Source: a virus
Taxonomy: Duplodnaviria > Heunggongvirae > Uroviricota > Caudoviricetes
Virus record (IMG/VR): IMGVR_UViG_2563366853_000004
Span: 1 to 41,977 of that record
DNA: 41,977 bases
Direction: 5' to 3' (one strand)
Shown one piece after another: positions 27,926-39,684 of the stretch (position 1 is its first letter; each line of letters starts with the position of its first letter). The notes below the pieces were generated by a model that worked only from the letters and a program-made list of their open reading frames with translations, searched no databases and was not told where the DNA came from. A program made the translations under genes and the position numbers.

Positions 27926-28382
27926 GATCGTCCTTTTTGCGCTTCGTAAGTTTGCTATTGCTTCTAATGCATCGCTGACTGATGTTGAGCCGCAATCAAT
28001 TGAAGATGGTGTAAATGATCTGGAAGATATGATGTCCGAGTGGATGATTAACCCCGGCGACATTGGTTACGCTTTCGCAACTGGAGATGAGCAGCCATTA
28101 CCTGATGATGAGTCAGGTCTTCCAAGAAAATACAAACACGCAGTAGGCTATCAGTTATTGCTGAGAATGCTATCTGATTACAGCCTTGAGCCAACTTCGC
28201 AAGTTCTCAGTAACGCCCAACGCTCATATGATGCCTTGATGACCGACACTCTGGTTGTTCCTTCAATGCGACGACGTGGAGATTTTCCTGTAGGACAGGG
28301 TAATAAATATGACGTGTTTACATCTGACCGATATTATCCAGGCGATCTCCCTCTGATTGATGGCGATATCCCAAACGCATAG
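27900..28382 (+). CDS. gp4-like tail accessory/head-completion protein
   Basis: [33 protein letters not shown] resembles P22 gp4 (…[24 protein letters not shown]…). Confidence 0.7.
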   Translation: [160 protein letters not shown]

Positions 28383-28390
28383 GTGAATAA

Positions 28391-29809
28391 ATGCCTATTC
28401 AGCAACTTCCGCTTATGAAAGGTGTCGGCAAAGACTTTCGAAACGCCGACTATATCGACTATCTGCCAGTGAATATGCTGGCAACCCCCAAAGAAATCCT
28501 TAACATCAGCGGATATCTTCGCTCATTCCCGGGCATTGCCAAACGCTCTGATGTAAACGGTGTATCGCGAGGAGTCGAGTACAACATGGCGCAGAATGCT
28601 GTTTATCGCGTGTGTGGTGGCAAGCTCTACAAAGGAGAAAGTGAAGTCGGTGATGTTTCCGGAAGTGGTCGTGTATCAATGGCGCATGGTCGGACATCAC
28701 AGGCGGTAGGCGTTAATGGTCAACTGGTCGAGTATCGCTATGATGGCACGGTTAAAACCGTATCAAACTGGCCTGCAGACAGCGGATTCACGCAGTATGA
28801 GTTAGGTTCGGTCCGTGACATTACGCGTTTACGTGGGCGTTATGCGTGGTCAAAAGACGGTACTGATTCATGGTTTATCACTGACCTTGAAGACGAATCG
28901 CATCCTGACCGTTACAGCGCACAATATCGCGCAGAATCGCAGCCGGACGGCATCATCGGCATAGGTACATGGCGAGACTTCATCGTCTGCTTTGGTTCAT
29001 CGACGATTGAATATTTCTCCCTGACTGGTGCAACCACCGTTGGTGCCGCTTTGTATGTCGCACAGCCATCACTGATGGTGCAGAAAGGGATTGCCGGAAC
29101 CTACTGCAAAACGCCGTTTGCTGATTCGTATGCGTTCATCAGCAATCCGGCAACAGGTGCGCCGTCTGTATACATCATCGGCTCCGGTCAGGTGTCACCA
29201 ATCGCCAGCGCGAGCATTGAGAAAATCCTCCGCTCCTACACTGCTGATGAACTGGCTGATGGCGTGATGGAATCGTTGCGGTTTGATGCTCATGAGTTGC
29301 TGATTATCCATCTTCCGCGCCACGTCCTCGTATACGACGCATCTTCAAGCGCCAATGGTCCGCAATGGTGTGTGTTGAAAACAGGCCTGTATGACGATGT
29401 GTACCGCGCTATCGACTTCATTTACGAAGGCAATCAGATAACGTGCGGCGATAAGCTGGAATCGGTTATCGGCAAATTGCAGTTCGATATCAGCAGCCAG
29501 TACGACAAGCAACAGGAACACCTGTTGTTTACTCCGTTGTTCAAAGCGGATAACGCAAGAGTGTTCGACCTTGAGGTTGAATCTTCAACTGGCGTTGCGC
29601 AGTACGCTGACCGCCTGTTCCTCTCTGCAACCACTGACGGAATCAATTACGGACGTGAGCAGATGATTGAACAGAATGAACCGTTCGTTTACGACAAACG
29701 TGTTTTGTGGAAGCGAGTCGGGCGCATCAGGAAAAATGTCGGCTTCAAATTGCGCGTTATCACGAAGTCACCTGTCACTCTGTCTGGCTGCCAGATAAGG
29801 ATTGAGTAA
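28391..29809 (+). CDS. gp10-like tail hub/head-completion protein
   Basis: 472-aa translation [38 protein letters not shown]… is near-identical to my recollection of P22 gp10. Confidence 0.85.
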   Translation: MPIQQLPLMKGVGKDFRNADYIDYLPVNMLATPKEILNISGYLRSFPGIAKRSDVNGVSRGVEYNMAQNAVYRVCGGKLYKGESEVGDVSGSGRVSMAHGRTSQAVGVNGQLVEYRYDGTVKTVSNWPADSGFTQYELGSVRDITRLRGRYAWSKDGTDSWFITDLEDESHPDRYSAQYRAESQPDGIIGIGTWRDFIVCFGSSTIEYFSLTGATTVGAALYVAQPSLMVQKGIAGTYCKTPFADSYAFISNPATGAPSVYIIGSGQVSPIASASIEKILRSYTADELADGVMESLRFDAHELLIIHLPRHVLVYDASSSANGPQWCVLKTGLYDDVYRAIDFIYEGNQITCGDKLESVIGKLQFDISSQYDKQQEHLLFTPLFKADNARVFDLEVESSTGVAQYADRLFLSATTDGINYGREQMIEQNEPFVYDKRVLWKRVGRIRKNVGFKLRVITKSPVTLSGCQIRIE

Positions 29810-30657
29810 TGGTTGATTCATCACTGAATGATCCTGTTGTGGTTCAGGCTACGCGCCTTGATGCTTCAATTTTGCCACGCAATATATTCAGCCAGTCTTA
29901 CCTACTATATGTCATAAATCAGGGAGCTGATGTCGGTGCAATCGCCGGGAAGGCAAATCAGGCTGGTCAGGGCGCTTATGATGCACAGGTCAGGAACGAT
30001 GAGCAGGATGTGATTCTCGCTGACCATGAGCAGCGAATTTCTGCTGCGGAAGCAACGCTTGTTAATCATGAGGAGCGAATCAGCCAGGCAGAATCAACTC
30101 TTCAGGAACATGAAACACGAATAGCTCAGAATGAAAGCGATATTGCCTCGCTTGATACCAGAGTTCAGTCGCTGGAATCGCAGGTTTCAGACCATGAAAC
30201 GCGCATCGATGCTCTGGAGTATGCCACTACTCGCAAAAAGTCAGAGGTTGTTTACTCTGGTGTATCTGTAACCATCCCGACAGCGCCGACCAACCTTGTT
30301 AGCCTGCTGAAAACGCTCACGCCATCATCCGGCACGTTGGCACCATTCTTCGACACCGTTAACAACAAGATGGTTGTGTTCAACGAGAACAAAACCTTGT
30401 TCTTCAAGCTGTCGATCGTCGGGACGTGGCCCAGCGGAACCGCCAACAGGTCAATGCAGCTAACCTTTTCCGGCTCTGTTCCTGACACACTGGTAAGCAG
30501 TCGTAATGCGGCAACAACAACCGACAACATCCTGTTAGCTACGTTCTTCAGCGTGGATAAAGACGGCTTTCTTGCCACAAATGGCAGTACGTTAACCATT
30601 CAGTCAAATGGTGCGGCGTTTACTGCCACAACCATCAAAATCATTGCGGAGCAGTGA
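29809..30657 (+). CDS. Tail needle protein (gp26-like coiled-coil with Sf6-type C-terminal knob)
   Basis: 282-aa ORF; central heptad-like repeats ([65 protein letters not shown]) and a C-terminal globular region. Confidence 0.75.
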   Translation: MVDSSLNDPVVVQATRLDASILPRNIFSQSYLLYVINQGADVGAIAGKANQAGQGAYDAQVRNDEQDVILADHEQRISAAEATLVNHEERISQAESTLQEHETRIAQNESDIASLDTRVQSLESQVSDHETRIDALEYATTRKKSEVVYSGVSVTIPTAPTNLVSLLKTLTPSSGTLAPFFDTVNNKMVVFNENKTLFFKLSIVGTWPSGTANRSMQLTFSGSVPDTLVSSRNAATTTDNILLATFFSVDKDGFLATNGSTLTIQSNGAAFTATTIKIIAEQ

Positions 30658-31136
30658 TGGAAATAAAGCTCATCGATAATCCGGTGAAGCTTGCAGAATT
30701 CCTCAACAACCCGGCAAACACGGGAAATATCGTAGACAGTGGAGATAAATACTACATCAAGCCTGATGCGGTATATCTCGGCATCTACGAAGGATTAGTG
30801 CTGGCTGGCGTTCATGAAGTGCGTAACTTCTGGCATAGCGTTGTTGAATGCCATGCGGTGTATGACCCCGGATTCCGTGGCGAATATGCACTGCAAGGGC
30901 ATCGATTATTCTGCAAATGGCTTCTCGAAAACTCACCATTCCTTAACAGCATTACCATGGTTCCTGACACCACGAAATACGGACGGTCAATTATCCGTTT
31001 GCTTGGCGCTACCCGTGTTGGTCACCTTGATGATGCTTATACCAGCAATGGAAAGCCTGTAGGCATCACGATTTATCAGTTACCGCGCTCAAAATACGAG
31101 GAGCTAAAGAATGTTAATTTTCCAGATTGCCAATAA
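30657..31136 (+). CDS. gp14-like protein (position-based call)
   Basis: ORF track starts at GTG 30654; the ATG at 30657 overlaps the needle stop (TGATG); position matches P22 gene 14. Confidence 0.5.
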   Translation: MEIKLIDNPVKLAEFLNNPANTGNIVDSGDKYYIKPDAVYLGIYEGLVLAGVHEVRNFWHSVVECHAVYDPGFRGEYALQGHRLFCKWLLENSPFLNSITMVPDTTKYGRSIIRLLGATRVGHLDDAYTSNGKPVGITIYQLPRSKYEELKNVNFPDCQ

Positions 31137-31764
31137 GCACCTCAGCAAAGCTGTTTACTGCAAAGGTGGCAGTGATGGCGGTTCAAAAGCCCAGGCACGC
31201 GCAACTGAAAAGGGTATCGAACTGCAGCGTGAAATGTGGCAAACGAACATGCAAAACCTTGCACCGTTCACGCCACTCGCTCAACAGTACGTATCAGAGT
31301 TGCAGAATCTTTCCTCTCTTCAGGGGCAAGGTCAGGCTCTTAACCAGTATTACAACTCCCAGCAGTACAAAGACCTTGCAGGGCAGGCGCGTTACCAGAG
31401 TCTGGCAGCAGCAGAGGCAACTGGTGGATTAGGCTCTACAGCAACAGGAAACCAGTTAGCAGCAATCGCACCTACACTCGGTCAAAACTGGCTGTCAGGT
31501 CAGATGAACAACTACAACAATCTGGCAAATATCGGCCTTGGCGCTCTTACAGGTCAGGCAAACGCCGGGCAGAACTATGCCAACAACGTCAGCCAATTGT
31601 ATCAACAGCAGGCGGCAGCATCTGCGGCTAATGCGAATAAACCATCAGGATTTCAGAGCGCCTTGGGTGGAGCGGCAGCAGGTGCAGCTGCAGGTACTGC
31701 AATCATGCCTGGTTGGGGTACAGCAATTGGTGCTGGCGTCGGTCTTCTTGGTTCACTTTTTTAA
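31111..31764 (+). CDS. Ejection (DNA-transfer) protein, gp7-like
   Basis: 217-aa low-complexity Gln/Ala/Gly-rich protein with GAGGAG SD; position matches P22 gene 7. Confidence 0.55.
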   Translation: MLIFQIANKHLSKAVYCKGGSDGGSKAQARATEKGIELQREMWQTNMQNLAPFTPLAQQYVSELQNLSSLQGQGQALNQYYNSQQYKDLAGQARYQSLAAAEATGGLGSTATGNQLAAIAPTLGQNWLSGQMNNYNNLANIGLGALTGQANAGQNYANNVSQLYQQQAAASAANANKPSGFQSALGGAAAGAAAGTAIMPGWGTAIGAGVGLLGSLF

Positions 31765-31776
31765 TGGAGGTGTCTC

Positions 31777-33153
31777 TTGGCTACATGGCAACAGGCTGGT
31801 AATTCAGGCGCGCTTCTTGCCGGGTTAGGCGGCATGAACTCCAACGCTCCAAGAGCAAGTGATGCAGACGCCACGCTTGCATACATTCGACAGAATAACG
31901 AGATGGAGCGTTCAGGACGTAATAACGTTGGCTTGCAGGCTTTACAGGGCATTTCATCTGTCATGGATATGTATAAGCAGATGGATCAGCAGAAGCGACA
32001 GCAAGAGTTTCAGCAGGCTTATGCTGATGCATATACATCTGGTGACCGCGATGCAATGCGAAAGCTGGCATCACAGTATCCTGAGCAGCTTGACGCTGTA
32101 AGAAACGGCATGAAATTTGTCGATGAAGACCAGCGTTCCACTGTCGGTACACTGGCAGCAAGTGCCAGACTCGCAGCTTCATCTCCAGAAGCCATGATGT
32201 CATGGTTGCAGAACAACTCATCTGAGCTTACTCGTGCCGGAGTAGACCCTCTGGATGTGGCGAAAATGTATCAGCAAAATCCACAAGGTTTCACAGAGTT
32301 TGTTGATCACCTTGGAATGGCTGCACTTGGTCCGATTGATTACTTCAATGTTCAGGACAAGATAGCTGGTCGTGAGATTGACCGAGGCAGACTGGCAGAG
32401 ACAATCCGCAGCAATCAGGCTGGCGAGGCGCTAACAGCGCGTGGTCAGAATATCACGATGCGCGGTCAGGATTTATCGATGCAGAGAGCATCAATGAAAG
32501 GGGCGGTTGGGAATAATGAGCGTACAGTTCAGTTAGCAGATGGCAGAACTGTAACGGTAGGCGGGAAGCTTCACGGCGCTGGGGCTAATGCGTTCTACGA
32601 AGGTATCGACAACGAGGGGAATATGGTTCGCGTTCCTGCTGGTTCTATTGCCGCTCCGGCTACATCGGCAGCAAGCGCGCAGAATTACGCAATGAAGAAA
32701 GATCTTGATGCAATTTCTGGTGCATCAATTGACGATCTTGGCTTCATGACTGGCATTACAGGCTCTTCAGGTTCTCCTGCTCTTGGTGCAGATATTCGTA
32801 GCCGTGCATCTGGTGGTGATCAGAGGAAACTATACAACGCTGCACAGCGAATCCAAGGAAAGATGCAGAATCAGGGCATTGCAGCAGCCAGAGACATGGG
32901 GGCATCCGGTATCAACACCGTTGCAGAAGCAAAGATGTATTTTCAAGGTATGCCACAGGTTGATTTCTCAAGCCCTGAAGCACTGCAACAATCAATGCGC
33001 GACATTCAGCAATATACCGACAATTACAACCAGCAATATAACGTTAATGTCGGTAATGGCGGGAAGAAATCATCAAGGCAACAGCCAGCTACTCAGCAAT
33101 CAGCAGGAGGTAGCTACACGTCAAAATCAGGCATTCAATTTACGGTGGAATGA
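31777..33153 (+). CDS. Ejection protein, gp20-like
   Basis: 458-aa ORF with TTG start preceded by GGAGG (6-nt spacer); position matches P22 gene 20. Confidence 0.6.
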   Translation: MATWQQAGNSGALLAGLGGMNSNAPRASDADATLAYIRQNNEMERSGRNNVGLQALQGISSVMDMYKQMDQQKRQQEFQQAYADAYTSGDRDAMRKLASQYPEQLDAVRNGMKFVDEDQRSTVGTLAASARLAASSPEAMMSWLQNNSSELTRAGVDPLDVAKMYQQNPQGFTEFVDHLGMAALGPIDYFNVQDKIAGREIDRGRLAETIRSNQAGEALTARGQNITMRGQDLSMQRASMKGAVGNNERTVQLADGRTVTVGGKLHGAGANAFYEGIDNEGNMVRVPAGSIAAPATSAASAQNYAMKKDLDAISGASIDDLGFMTGITGSSGSPALGADIRSRASGGDQRKLYNAAQRIQGKMQNQGIAAARDMGASGINTVAEAKMYFQGMPQVDFSSPEALQQSMRDIQQYTDNYNQQYNVNVGNGGKKSSRQQPATQQSAGGSYTSKSGIQFTVE

Positions 33154-34991
33154 TGAAAGTAACTGCAAACGGTAAGACATTTACCTTCCCTGATGGTACG
33201 AGCACGGAAGATATTGGCACCGCCATTGATGAGTATTTTGCTGGTCAGGCTGTTCAGCAACAAACAGTTAATCAGGCCAATAATGCACCAACACGGGAAG
33301 AACCATCATTGATGCAACAAGCTGGCGATTGGCTCACTGGTGGTCAAAGTGCAGGGCAAATTGCAGAACAGGCTGGTCGTGGTCTGGTAAACATACCATT
33401 TGACGTATTACAGGGCGGCGCAAGTCTGATTAATGCAATCAGTCAGGGGCTTGGTGGCCCCAAGGTTTTGGATGATGTTTATCGTCCAGTAGACAGACCG
33501 ACAGACCCCTACGCTCAAGCTGGAGAAACAATTGGCGGGTATTTAGTTCCAGGAGTTGGAACGGCAGGAAGCATGGCTATTGGATCACTGGCAGAGGCCG
33601 CAAATCAGAAAGGTGATTTCGCACAAAATGCAGCTAAAAATGCCGGAGTTAACCTTGCCGCTCAGGGTGTTCTTTCCGCAGCAGCAAAGGGAATAGGGCG
33701 TGGAATAACGGCTATAAAAGGTGATATTGCGCCAGAAGTGGCAAAGAAAATTGCCACATCAGAATCGATGGGCGTGACACCAATGACATCTGATGTTATC
33801 CCGCCGAAAAATGCTTTCACTCGCGGACTTACTCAAGATGCTGAGGGGGCTTTGCTCGGGACAGGCTCAAAGCGAGCGGAGCAATATGCAACGCGTAGTA
33901 AGCTGGTAAGCAATTATTTTGACCGTTTTGGTGAGTACAACCCTGATGATGTGGTGAGATCTCTGACCACCACGTTAAGGGGACGGAAGGATGCCGCTGG
34001 CGCTGTTATCAATGACGTCACCAATAAAATGGGTAATGCCGCAGTTGATACCACAAATACCATGAATGCTCTGAATACAGCGATCGCAAGACAGGAACGG
34101 CTTGGGACTTCTGCCAATCAAAACCTGCTTACATCCTTGCGTAACCTACGTGAAGAATTAGCAACCCCTGCAACTGATTTGGATGTTACGTTTGATCTCT
34201 TGCGCCAGCACAGAACAGCATTTAGATCTAATGTTCAGGGAGATGCCATGGTCTTCCCCAACCAGGCAAAAGCAGCTACCAATATGGTAGAGAATGCAAT
34301 GTCAAAAGACCTTCGTAACGCAGTTGCCAAAAACCTCGGTGCTTCAGACGCAGCAAAATACCTTAAAGCAAATTCCGATTATGCAAACGTTTATAATAAG
34401 GTGCTTAATAAAAACATTGCTAACAAGCTCAACAAGGCAAGCAGTGAAGCCAGTCCTGAACTTATAAATACCGTTGTATTAAGCAGAAAACCATCTGACG
34501 TGAAACGAATCTGGAGCGCACTTGATGATAAAGGGAAAGATGCTATGCGTGCAGCTTACGTCAGCAAAATAGCGGAAAAGGCCGGTGACTCTCCAGCCAA
34601 GTTCATCACTGAAGTTAATAAGCTGAAATCTCAGTCAGGCGGTGAAATTTACAACACTATTTTTTCTGGAAAGCACATGAAAGAACTTGATGCTCTTCAT
34701 GAAGTTCTACAGCAAGCAGCAAGATCAGACACCGCAAATGTAGTAACTCAGACGGGGCAATCGCAAGCCAACAGGATAAGGACGATTGGCGCAACTACGA
34801 CTCTTGGCGTATCAATGGGGCTTGAGGCTGGTTTCGGTGCAATGATGCGCTTGTATGAATCCAAAGCAGCAAGGAATGCGCTCTTACGTCTGGCAAACAC
34901 TAAAGCTGGAACGCCAGCTTATGAAAGAGCGCTAAATCAGGCGGCTACTGCCGTGCGCCCGCTCTTAGTTAACGAAGCTACCCGGCAGTAG
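33150..34991 (+). CDS. Ejection protein, gp16-like
   Basis: 613-aa ORF overlapping the upstream stop; N-terminus [33 protein letters not shown] as recalled for P22 gp16. Confidence 0.7.
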   Translation: MMKVTANGKTFTFPDGTSTEDIGTAIDEYFAGQAVQQQTVNQANNAPTREEPSLMQQAGDWLTGGQSAGQIAEQAGRGLVNIPFDVLQGGASLINAISQGLGGPKVLDDVYRPVDRPTDPYAQAGETIGGYLVPGVGTAGSMAIGSLAEAANQKGDFAQNAAKNAGVNLAAQGVLSAAAKGIGRGITAIKGDIAPEVAKKIATSESMGVTPMTSDVIPPKNAFTRGLTQDAEGALLGTGSKRAEQYATRSKLVSNYFDRFGEYNPDDVVRSLTTTLRGRKDAAGAVINDVTNKMGNAAVDTTNTMNALNTAIARQERLGTSANQNLLTSLRNLREELATPATDLDVTFDLLRQHRTAFRSNVQGDAMVFPNQAKAATNMVENAMSKDLRNAVAKNLGASDAAKYLKANSDYANVYNKVLNKNIANKLNKASSEASPELINTVVLSRKPSDVKRIWSALDDKGKDAMRAAYVSKIAEKAGDSPAKFITEVNKLKSQSGGEIYNTIFSGKHMKELDALHEVLQQAARSDTANVVTQTGQSQANRIRTIGATTTLGVSMGLEAGFGAMMRLYESKAARNALLRLANTKAGTPAYERALNQAATAVRPLLVNEATRQ

Positions 34992-35013
34992 CACTGTAAG
35001 CCAAGGACGGCAT

Positions 35014-35508
35014 TTATTTTATAGTTTTTATGAATTCTTTATTAAATCCCTTCGCTTCTCCGGGGTATCTTCCGAAGACAATTTTTATAAAAACAGAAAA
35101 AATAAAGATAGCAACGCTTAACAACAATTGCAGTATCATTGGAACCCAAAGAACTACAGGCTCTATATTCATGAAACCAAATATTCTTCCGGCGATCATG
35201 GCGAAGTACCACACTGTTATCAGCAAACTTAGTGGCATATGAATTACTGATATTACCAATCCAAGAGCATCAGTAATTCTGTTTTCAAATTTTTCAGGGG
35301 AAAACTTTTCTTTAAGGTAATTCAGTGCGCAGGCCTCATTCTCTGGATTTTCAGCATTTTTCCCTATAGCAATAGAAATCTCAGATATCCTTGATTCAAT
35401 TCTTTTACGTTTAATAAAACTAGAAAAAAAGAACCACGCAATCTGCAACCCTATCCCCAGAAATAGAGTTGCGGCAACTAGCACAGCGTAACTCATAGAA
35501 TCAGACAC
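35014..35508 (-). CDS. AT-rich three-TM inner-membrane protein; candidate SieA-like superinfection-exclusion protein
   Basis: AGGAGG 6 nt upstream of GTG 35508 (alternative ATG 35496); hydrophobic segments [41 protein letters not shown] and [24 protein letters not shown]; opposite strand to the late operon, at the P22 sieA position. Confidence 0.5.
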   Translation of the reverse strand: MSDSMSYAVLVAATLFLGIGLQIAWFFFSSFIKRKRIESRISEISIAIGKNAENPENEACALNYLKEKFSPEKFENRITDALGLVISVIHMPLSLLITVWYFAMIAGRIFGFMNIEPVVLWVPMILQLLLSVAIFIFSVFIKIVFGRYPGEAKGFNKEFIKTIK

Positions 35509-35538
35509 ACCAACCTCCTTAGTTTTGCGCAGGATACC

Positions 35539-35904
35539 ATGAAAAAAGTTAACATTGGAAACGTACCAAAGATGCTCGTTCCGCTCTTTGAGAGCGGTAC
35601 AATTGTGTTTTGTAGAGACTTTCCAGAATGGCAACGCCTGCATCAAAAACTTGGCGTTGACGTGCATGACTCGGACGCCAACGGAGCGTCTCATACAATG
35701 AGTAGCGAGAATGGTGTTTTGCATGTGATAGGCGTGTTCAATGGCAAACTATCTACTATTGCCCATGAGTGCGCTCACATGGCATTCGATATCTGCTCAA
35801 GGGTAGGTGTTGATGTTGAACCAGGAAGAGCCAACGAGACTTACTGCTACTTAATGAGCAGGCTTGTTGAGTTCTGCGAGCGACATATCAAAAAGCCGGA
35901 GTGA
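35539..35904 (+). CDS. Small HExxH-motif protein (putative Zn-metallopeptidase-like)
   Basis: 121-aa ORF containing [10 protein letters not shown]; its stop lies within a bidirectional terminator hairpin. Confidence 0.5.
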   Translation: MKKVNIGNVPKMLVPLFESGTIVFCRDFPEWQRLHQKLGVDVHDSDANGASHTMSSENGVLHVIGVFNGKLSTIAHECAHMAFDICSRVGVDVEPGRANETYCYLMSRLVEFCERHIKKPE

Positions 35905-35930
35905 CCCGGCTTGATTATTACTTTTTGCTG
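35893..35930. terminator. Bidirectional intrinsic terminator between the HExxH gene and the convergent small gene
   Basis: AAGCCGG-agtgac-CCGGCTT hairpin flanked by T-tracts on both strands. Confidence 0.55.
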
Positions 35931-36097
35931 TCTGGAGTTCGCTTATCCAATACCCAGCCATGACCTGGCTTTGTTGTTGGTGGAAGCCTTTCGTTGTCCT
36001 TGACGGTTGCAAAATTGTCTTTCTTACCGCCGCGTGGGCCAACTTCTTGGTATATTCCGCCGTTTTTTCCTGTGTTTTCACCTGGTTTTTTCGCCAT
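35918..36097 (-). CDS. Small Gly/Lys-rich hydrophilic protein (59 aa)
   Basis: GAGG 6 nt upstream of the ATG at 36097 (MAKKPGENTGKNGGIYQEVGPRGGKKDNFATVKDNERLPPTTKPGHGWVLDKRTPDSKK); possible own promoter (TTGACT … AATATT) at about 36110..36150. Confidence 0.5.
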   Translation of the reverse strand: MAKKPGENTGKNGGIYQEVGPRGGKKDNFATVKDNERLPPTTKPGHGWVLDKRTPDSKK

Positions 36098-36187
36098 GAT
36101 ATACCTCAACATACACCCGTTATTGGGCGATTAAATATTGATCTCATTTTATAAGTAGTCAATATGGCCCAGGTAAATGCAAAAATT

Positions 36188-36211
36188 AACCCACCTTCAG
36201 GTGGGTTTTTT
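36188..36211. terminator. Hairpin terminator at the mnt 3' end (possibly bidirectional)
   Basis: AACCCACC-ttca-GGTGGGTT followed by TTTTTG; overlaps the mnt stop codon. Confidence 0.5.
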
Positions 36212-36448
36212 GTACAAATCCTTCAGCGTATCAAACACCATCTTCTTAACAAGCTCTGACTGCTCATCAGCGATGCGTTCCGCATCGTCTCGATAGCCTG
36301 AAATTTTGGATGGCTTTGATACAGCATCAGTCACTATCTGAACTAATTCTGAATTAAGAGAGCGGCCATTGGATTTGGCTCGCTGTTTTAGTTTTTCCTT
36401 TAATTCGTAAGGTAGCCGCAGATTAAATTGCGGGTCATCTCTTCCCAT
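36197..36448 (-). CDS. mnt: Mnt-type ribbon-helix-helix repressor (P22 immI)
   Basis: MGRDDPQFNLRLPYELKEKLKQRAKSNGRSLNSELVQIVTDAVSKPSKISGYRDDAERIADEQSELVKKMVFDTLKDLYKK closely matches P22 Mnt as recalled. Confidence 0.85.
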   Translation of the reverse strand: MGRDDPQFNLRLPYELKEKLKQRAKSNGRSLNSELVQIVTDAVSKPSKISGYRDDAERIADEQSELVKKMVFDTLKDLYKKPT

Positions 36449-36511
36449 TCTTGATGCCTCGCTTTTGTGAGTGGATCGGCATCTTATTATCTGCTGGTTG
36501 CATCCTCAATA

Positions 36512-36526
36512 AGACCACAGTGGTCT
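36512..36526. promoter_or_regulatory. Candidate Mnt operator (perfect palindrome AGACCAC-A-GTGGTCT)
   Basis: 15-bp palindrome between mnt and the tailspike start, similar in form to the P22 Omnt sequence as I recall it. Confidence 0.5.
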
Positions 36527-36594
36527 CTTTGTTTGATTAATAATGCATCACTGTGGCAATGCTGCGGCGATTCCTTGTATCTGGAGCAAATTAA

Positions 36595-39540
36595 ATGACA
36601 GACATTACAGCCAATGTTGTAGTGAGTATGCCTTCGCAACTCTTCACTATGGCGCGTTCTTTTAAAGCCGTAGCCAATGGCAAAATTTATATCGGTAAAA
36701 TTGACACTGACCCGGTAAATCCTGAAAACCAGATTCAGGTTTATGTAGAGAACGAAGACGGTTCTCACATTCCTGTTTCGCAACCAATAATCATTAACGC
36801 TGCTGGATATCCGGTATATAACGGACAGATTGCCAAATTCGTAACCGTGCAAGGCCATTCTATGGCTGTTTATGATGCGTATGGTACACAGCAGTTCTAT
36901 TTTCCGAATGTGCTGAAGTATGATCCTGATCAGTTACGACAGCAATTAGAAGACCCAGATGGAGCGAATAAATACCCAAAACTTCAGATAGCAAGATGGA
37001 GAGACAGTTATGATGTAAGAGGTTGGGGGGCTATTGGTGATGGTGTTCATGATGATACATCAGCTCTATCAGAATTACTTTCTGTTGCAACAGGTGGTGA
37101 AAAGATAGATGGGCGAGGGCTTACTTTTAAAGTATCAACTCTTCCAGATGTCAGTCGATTTAAAAATGCTCGTTTTTTATTTGAGAGAATACCGGGTCAG
37201 CCTCTTTTTTATGCTTCTGAAGATTTTATCCAAGGAGAGTTATTTAAAATTACAGATACACCGTGGTACAACGCCTGGACGCAGGATAAAACGTTTGTAT
37301 ATGACAATGTCATCTATGCGCCTTTTATGGCTGGAGACCGCCATGGTGTAAATAACCTCCATGTTGCATGGGTTCGCTCAGGAGATGACGGGAAGACCTG
37401 GACAACGCCGGAATGGCTTACAGATTTACATGAAAACTATCCCACAGTTAACTATCACTGCATGAGTATGGGGGTTGTCAGAAATCGCCTTTTTGCTGTA
37501 ATTGAGACGCGGACCGTGAGCGGAAATAAACTGCAGGTTGCAGAGTTGTGGGATCGCCCAATGAGTCGCAGCCTTCGCGTTTATGGTGGTATAACGAAAG
37601 CAGCAAATCAGCAAGTCGCTTATATTCGCATTACTGATCACGGATTATTTGCTGGTGATTTTGTCAACTTCTCAAACTCTGGTGTTACAGGTGTTACCGG
37701 GAATATGACGGTGACTACTGTCATTGATAAAAATACTTTTACAGTTACGACGCAAAATACCCAGGATGTGGATCAGAATAACGAGGGTAGATACTGGAGT
37801 TTTGGTACATCATTTCACTCGTCACCATGGAGAAAAACCAGTCTTGGAACTATTCCTTCTTTTGTTGACGGAAGCACTCCTGTTACTGAGATTCACAGTT
37901 TTGCGACGATTAGCGATAACAGTTTTGCTGTTGGCTACCATAATGGTGATATTGGTCCACGCGAGCTTGGGATACTCTATTTCTCTGATGCTTTCGGTTC
38001 TCCTGGTAGCTTTGTTCGCAGACGCATACCTGTAGAATATGAGGCGAATGCATCTGAGCCATGTGTAAAATATTATGATGGCATTCTGTATCTGACGACC
38101 AGGGGGACATTAAGTACTCAACCCGGTAGTTCATTGCACAGAAGCTCTGATTTAGGTACATCATGGAATTCTCTTCGCTTCCCAAATAATGTTCATCACT
38201 CAAACCTTCCTTTTGCCAAAGTTGGCGATGAGCTGATTATTTTTGGCAGTGAGCGCGCATTTGGTGAGTGGGAAGGAGGAGAACCTGATAACCGTTATGC
38301 AGGAAATTATCCAAGAACATTTATGACCAGAGTTAACGTCAATGAGTGGAGTCTGGATAATGTAGAGTGGGTTAATGTTACTGATCAGATTTATCAGGGC
38401 GGAATAGTTAACTCTGCGGTTGGTGTTGGTTCAGTTTGTATCAAAGACAACTGGCTGTACTACATTTTCGGTGGGGAAGACTTTCTAAACCCATGGAGCA
38501 TAGGGGATAACAACAGAAAATATCCTTATGTTCACGATGGTCACCCGGCTGATTTGTATTGTTTCAGGGTGAAAATTAAACAGGAAGAATTTGTTTCAAG
38601 GGATTTTGTCTACGGAGCCACTCCTAACAGAACGCTTCCTACTTTTATGTCGACGTCAGGCGTGAGGACGGTTCCTGTACCCGTTGATTTCACAGATGAT
38701 GTTGCCGTCCAGTCACTGACTGTCCATGCAGGTACATCAGGACAAGTTCGCGCGGAAGTCAAACTTGAGGGTAATTACGCCATTATTGCGAAGAAAGTAC
38801 CGTCTGATGATGTTACCGCTCAGAGATTAATCGTTAGCGGAGGTGAAACAACGTCTTCAGCAGATGGTGCAATGATAACGTTGCATGGTTCCGGAAGCAG
38901 TACTCCACGTCGCGCGGTATATAACGCACTCGAACATCTTTTTGAGAACGGAGATGTTAAACCTTATCTTGATAATGTAAATGCTCTTGGTGGTCCGGGA
39001 AACAGGTTCTCGACAGTTTATCTTGGCTCCAATCCTGTGGTTACCAGTGACGGAACATTAAAGACAGAGCCGGTCTCTCCTGACGAAGCATTGCTGGATG
39101 CCTGGGGTGACGTCAGGTATATCGCTTATAAATGGCTGAACGCTGTCGCTATAAAGGGGGAAGAAGGGGCGAGGATACATCATGGTGTAATCGCGCAGCA
39201 ACTTCGTGATGTTCTTATTTCTCACGGACTCATGGAAGAAGAAAGCACAACATGCCGCTATGCCTTTCTTTGCTATGACGATTATCCCGCAGTATATGAT
39301 GACGTCATTACTGGCCAAAGGGAAATGCCGCTGACTGATAATGACGGGAGCATCATTGTTGATGAGGATGATAATCCAGTGATGGTAATGGAAGACATCA
39401 TTGAGCGCGTTGAAATAACGCCAGCAGGATCTAGATGGGGGGTCAGACCTGATCTCTTATTCTATATCGAGGCGGCATGGCAGCGCAGAGAAATAGAAAG
39501 AATAAAAGCTAGGTTAGACTTAATAGAAGGGAAGCACTAA
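36595..39540 (+). CDS. Tailspike: P22-type N-terminal head-binding domain, endosialidase-like catalytic region, C-terminal intramolecular chaperone domain
   Basis: N-terminus [58 protein letters not shown] matches the conserved P22 tailspike N-domain; the central region is unlike P22 gp9 and its endosialidase assignment is from memory of CUS-3/K1F; the last ~160 aa resemble the self-cleaving chaperone domain with a candidate cleavage motif VVTSDGTLK. Confidence 0.8.
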   Translation: MTDITANVVVSMPSQLFTMARSFKAVANGKIYIGKIDTDPVNPENQIQVYVENEDGSHIPVSQPIIINAAGYPVYNGQIAKFVTVQGHSMAVYDAYGTQQFYFPNVLKYDPDQLRQQLEDPDGANKYPKLQIARWRDSYDVRGWGAIGDGVHDDTSALSELLSVATGGEKIDGRGLTFKVSTLPDVSRFKNARFLFERIPGQPLFYASEDFIQGELFKITDTPWYNAWTQDKTFVYDNVIYAPFMAGDRHGVNNLHVAWVRSGDDGKTWTTPEWLTDLHENYPTVNYHCMSMGVVRNRLFAVIETRTVSGNKLQVAELWDRPMSRSLRVYGGITKAANQQVAYIRITDHGLFAGDFVNFSNSGVTGVTGNMTVTTVIDKNTFTVTTQNTQDVDQNNEGRYWSFGTSFHSSPWRKTSLGTIPSFVDGSTPVTEIHSFATISDNSFAVGYHNGDIGPRELGILYFSDAFGSPGSFVRRRIPVEYEANASEPCVKYYDGILYLTTRGTLSTQPGSSLHRSSDLGTSWNSLRFPNNVHHSNLPFAKVGDELIIFGSERAFGEWEGGEPDNRYAGNYPRTFMTRVNVNEWSLDNVEWVNVTDQIYQGGIVNSAVGVGSVCIKDNWLYYIFGGEDFLNPWSIGDNNRKYPYVHDGHPADLYCFRVKIKQEEFVSRDFVYGATPNRTLPTFMSTSGVRTVPVPVDFTDDVAVQSLTVHAGTSGQVRAEVKLEGNYAIIAKKVPSDDVTAQRLIVSGGETTSSADGAMITLHGSGSSTPRRAVYNALEHLFENGDVKPYLDNVNALGGPGNRFSTVYLGSNPVVTSDGTLKTEPVSPDEALLDAWGDVRYIAYKWLNAVAIKGEEGARIHHGVIAQQLRDVLISHGLMEEESTTCRYAFLCYDDYPAVYDDVITGQREMPLTDNDGSIIVDEDDNPVMVMEDIIERVEITPAGSRWGVRPDLLFYIEAAWQRREIERIKARLDLIEGKH

Positions 39541-39684
39541 ATGTTTCGTTGGCGTCAAAAATATGAACTGCTCACATAAAGAAGTAAGTACATTGGCAAA
39601 AAATATTGACGTCAACGAAATTAAATATAAAACATCATGCAGACATATTACCAATATTAATATAAGGTAATAAAAATATAATTT

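Noticed and set aside
35851-36081. 76-aa minus-strand ORF overlapping the 59-aa small gene in another frame
   Set aside because: The overlapping 35918..36097 frame has the strong SD and a more protein-like composition; this frame lacks a start context.
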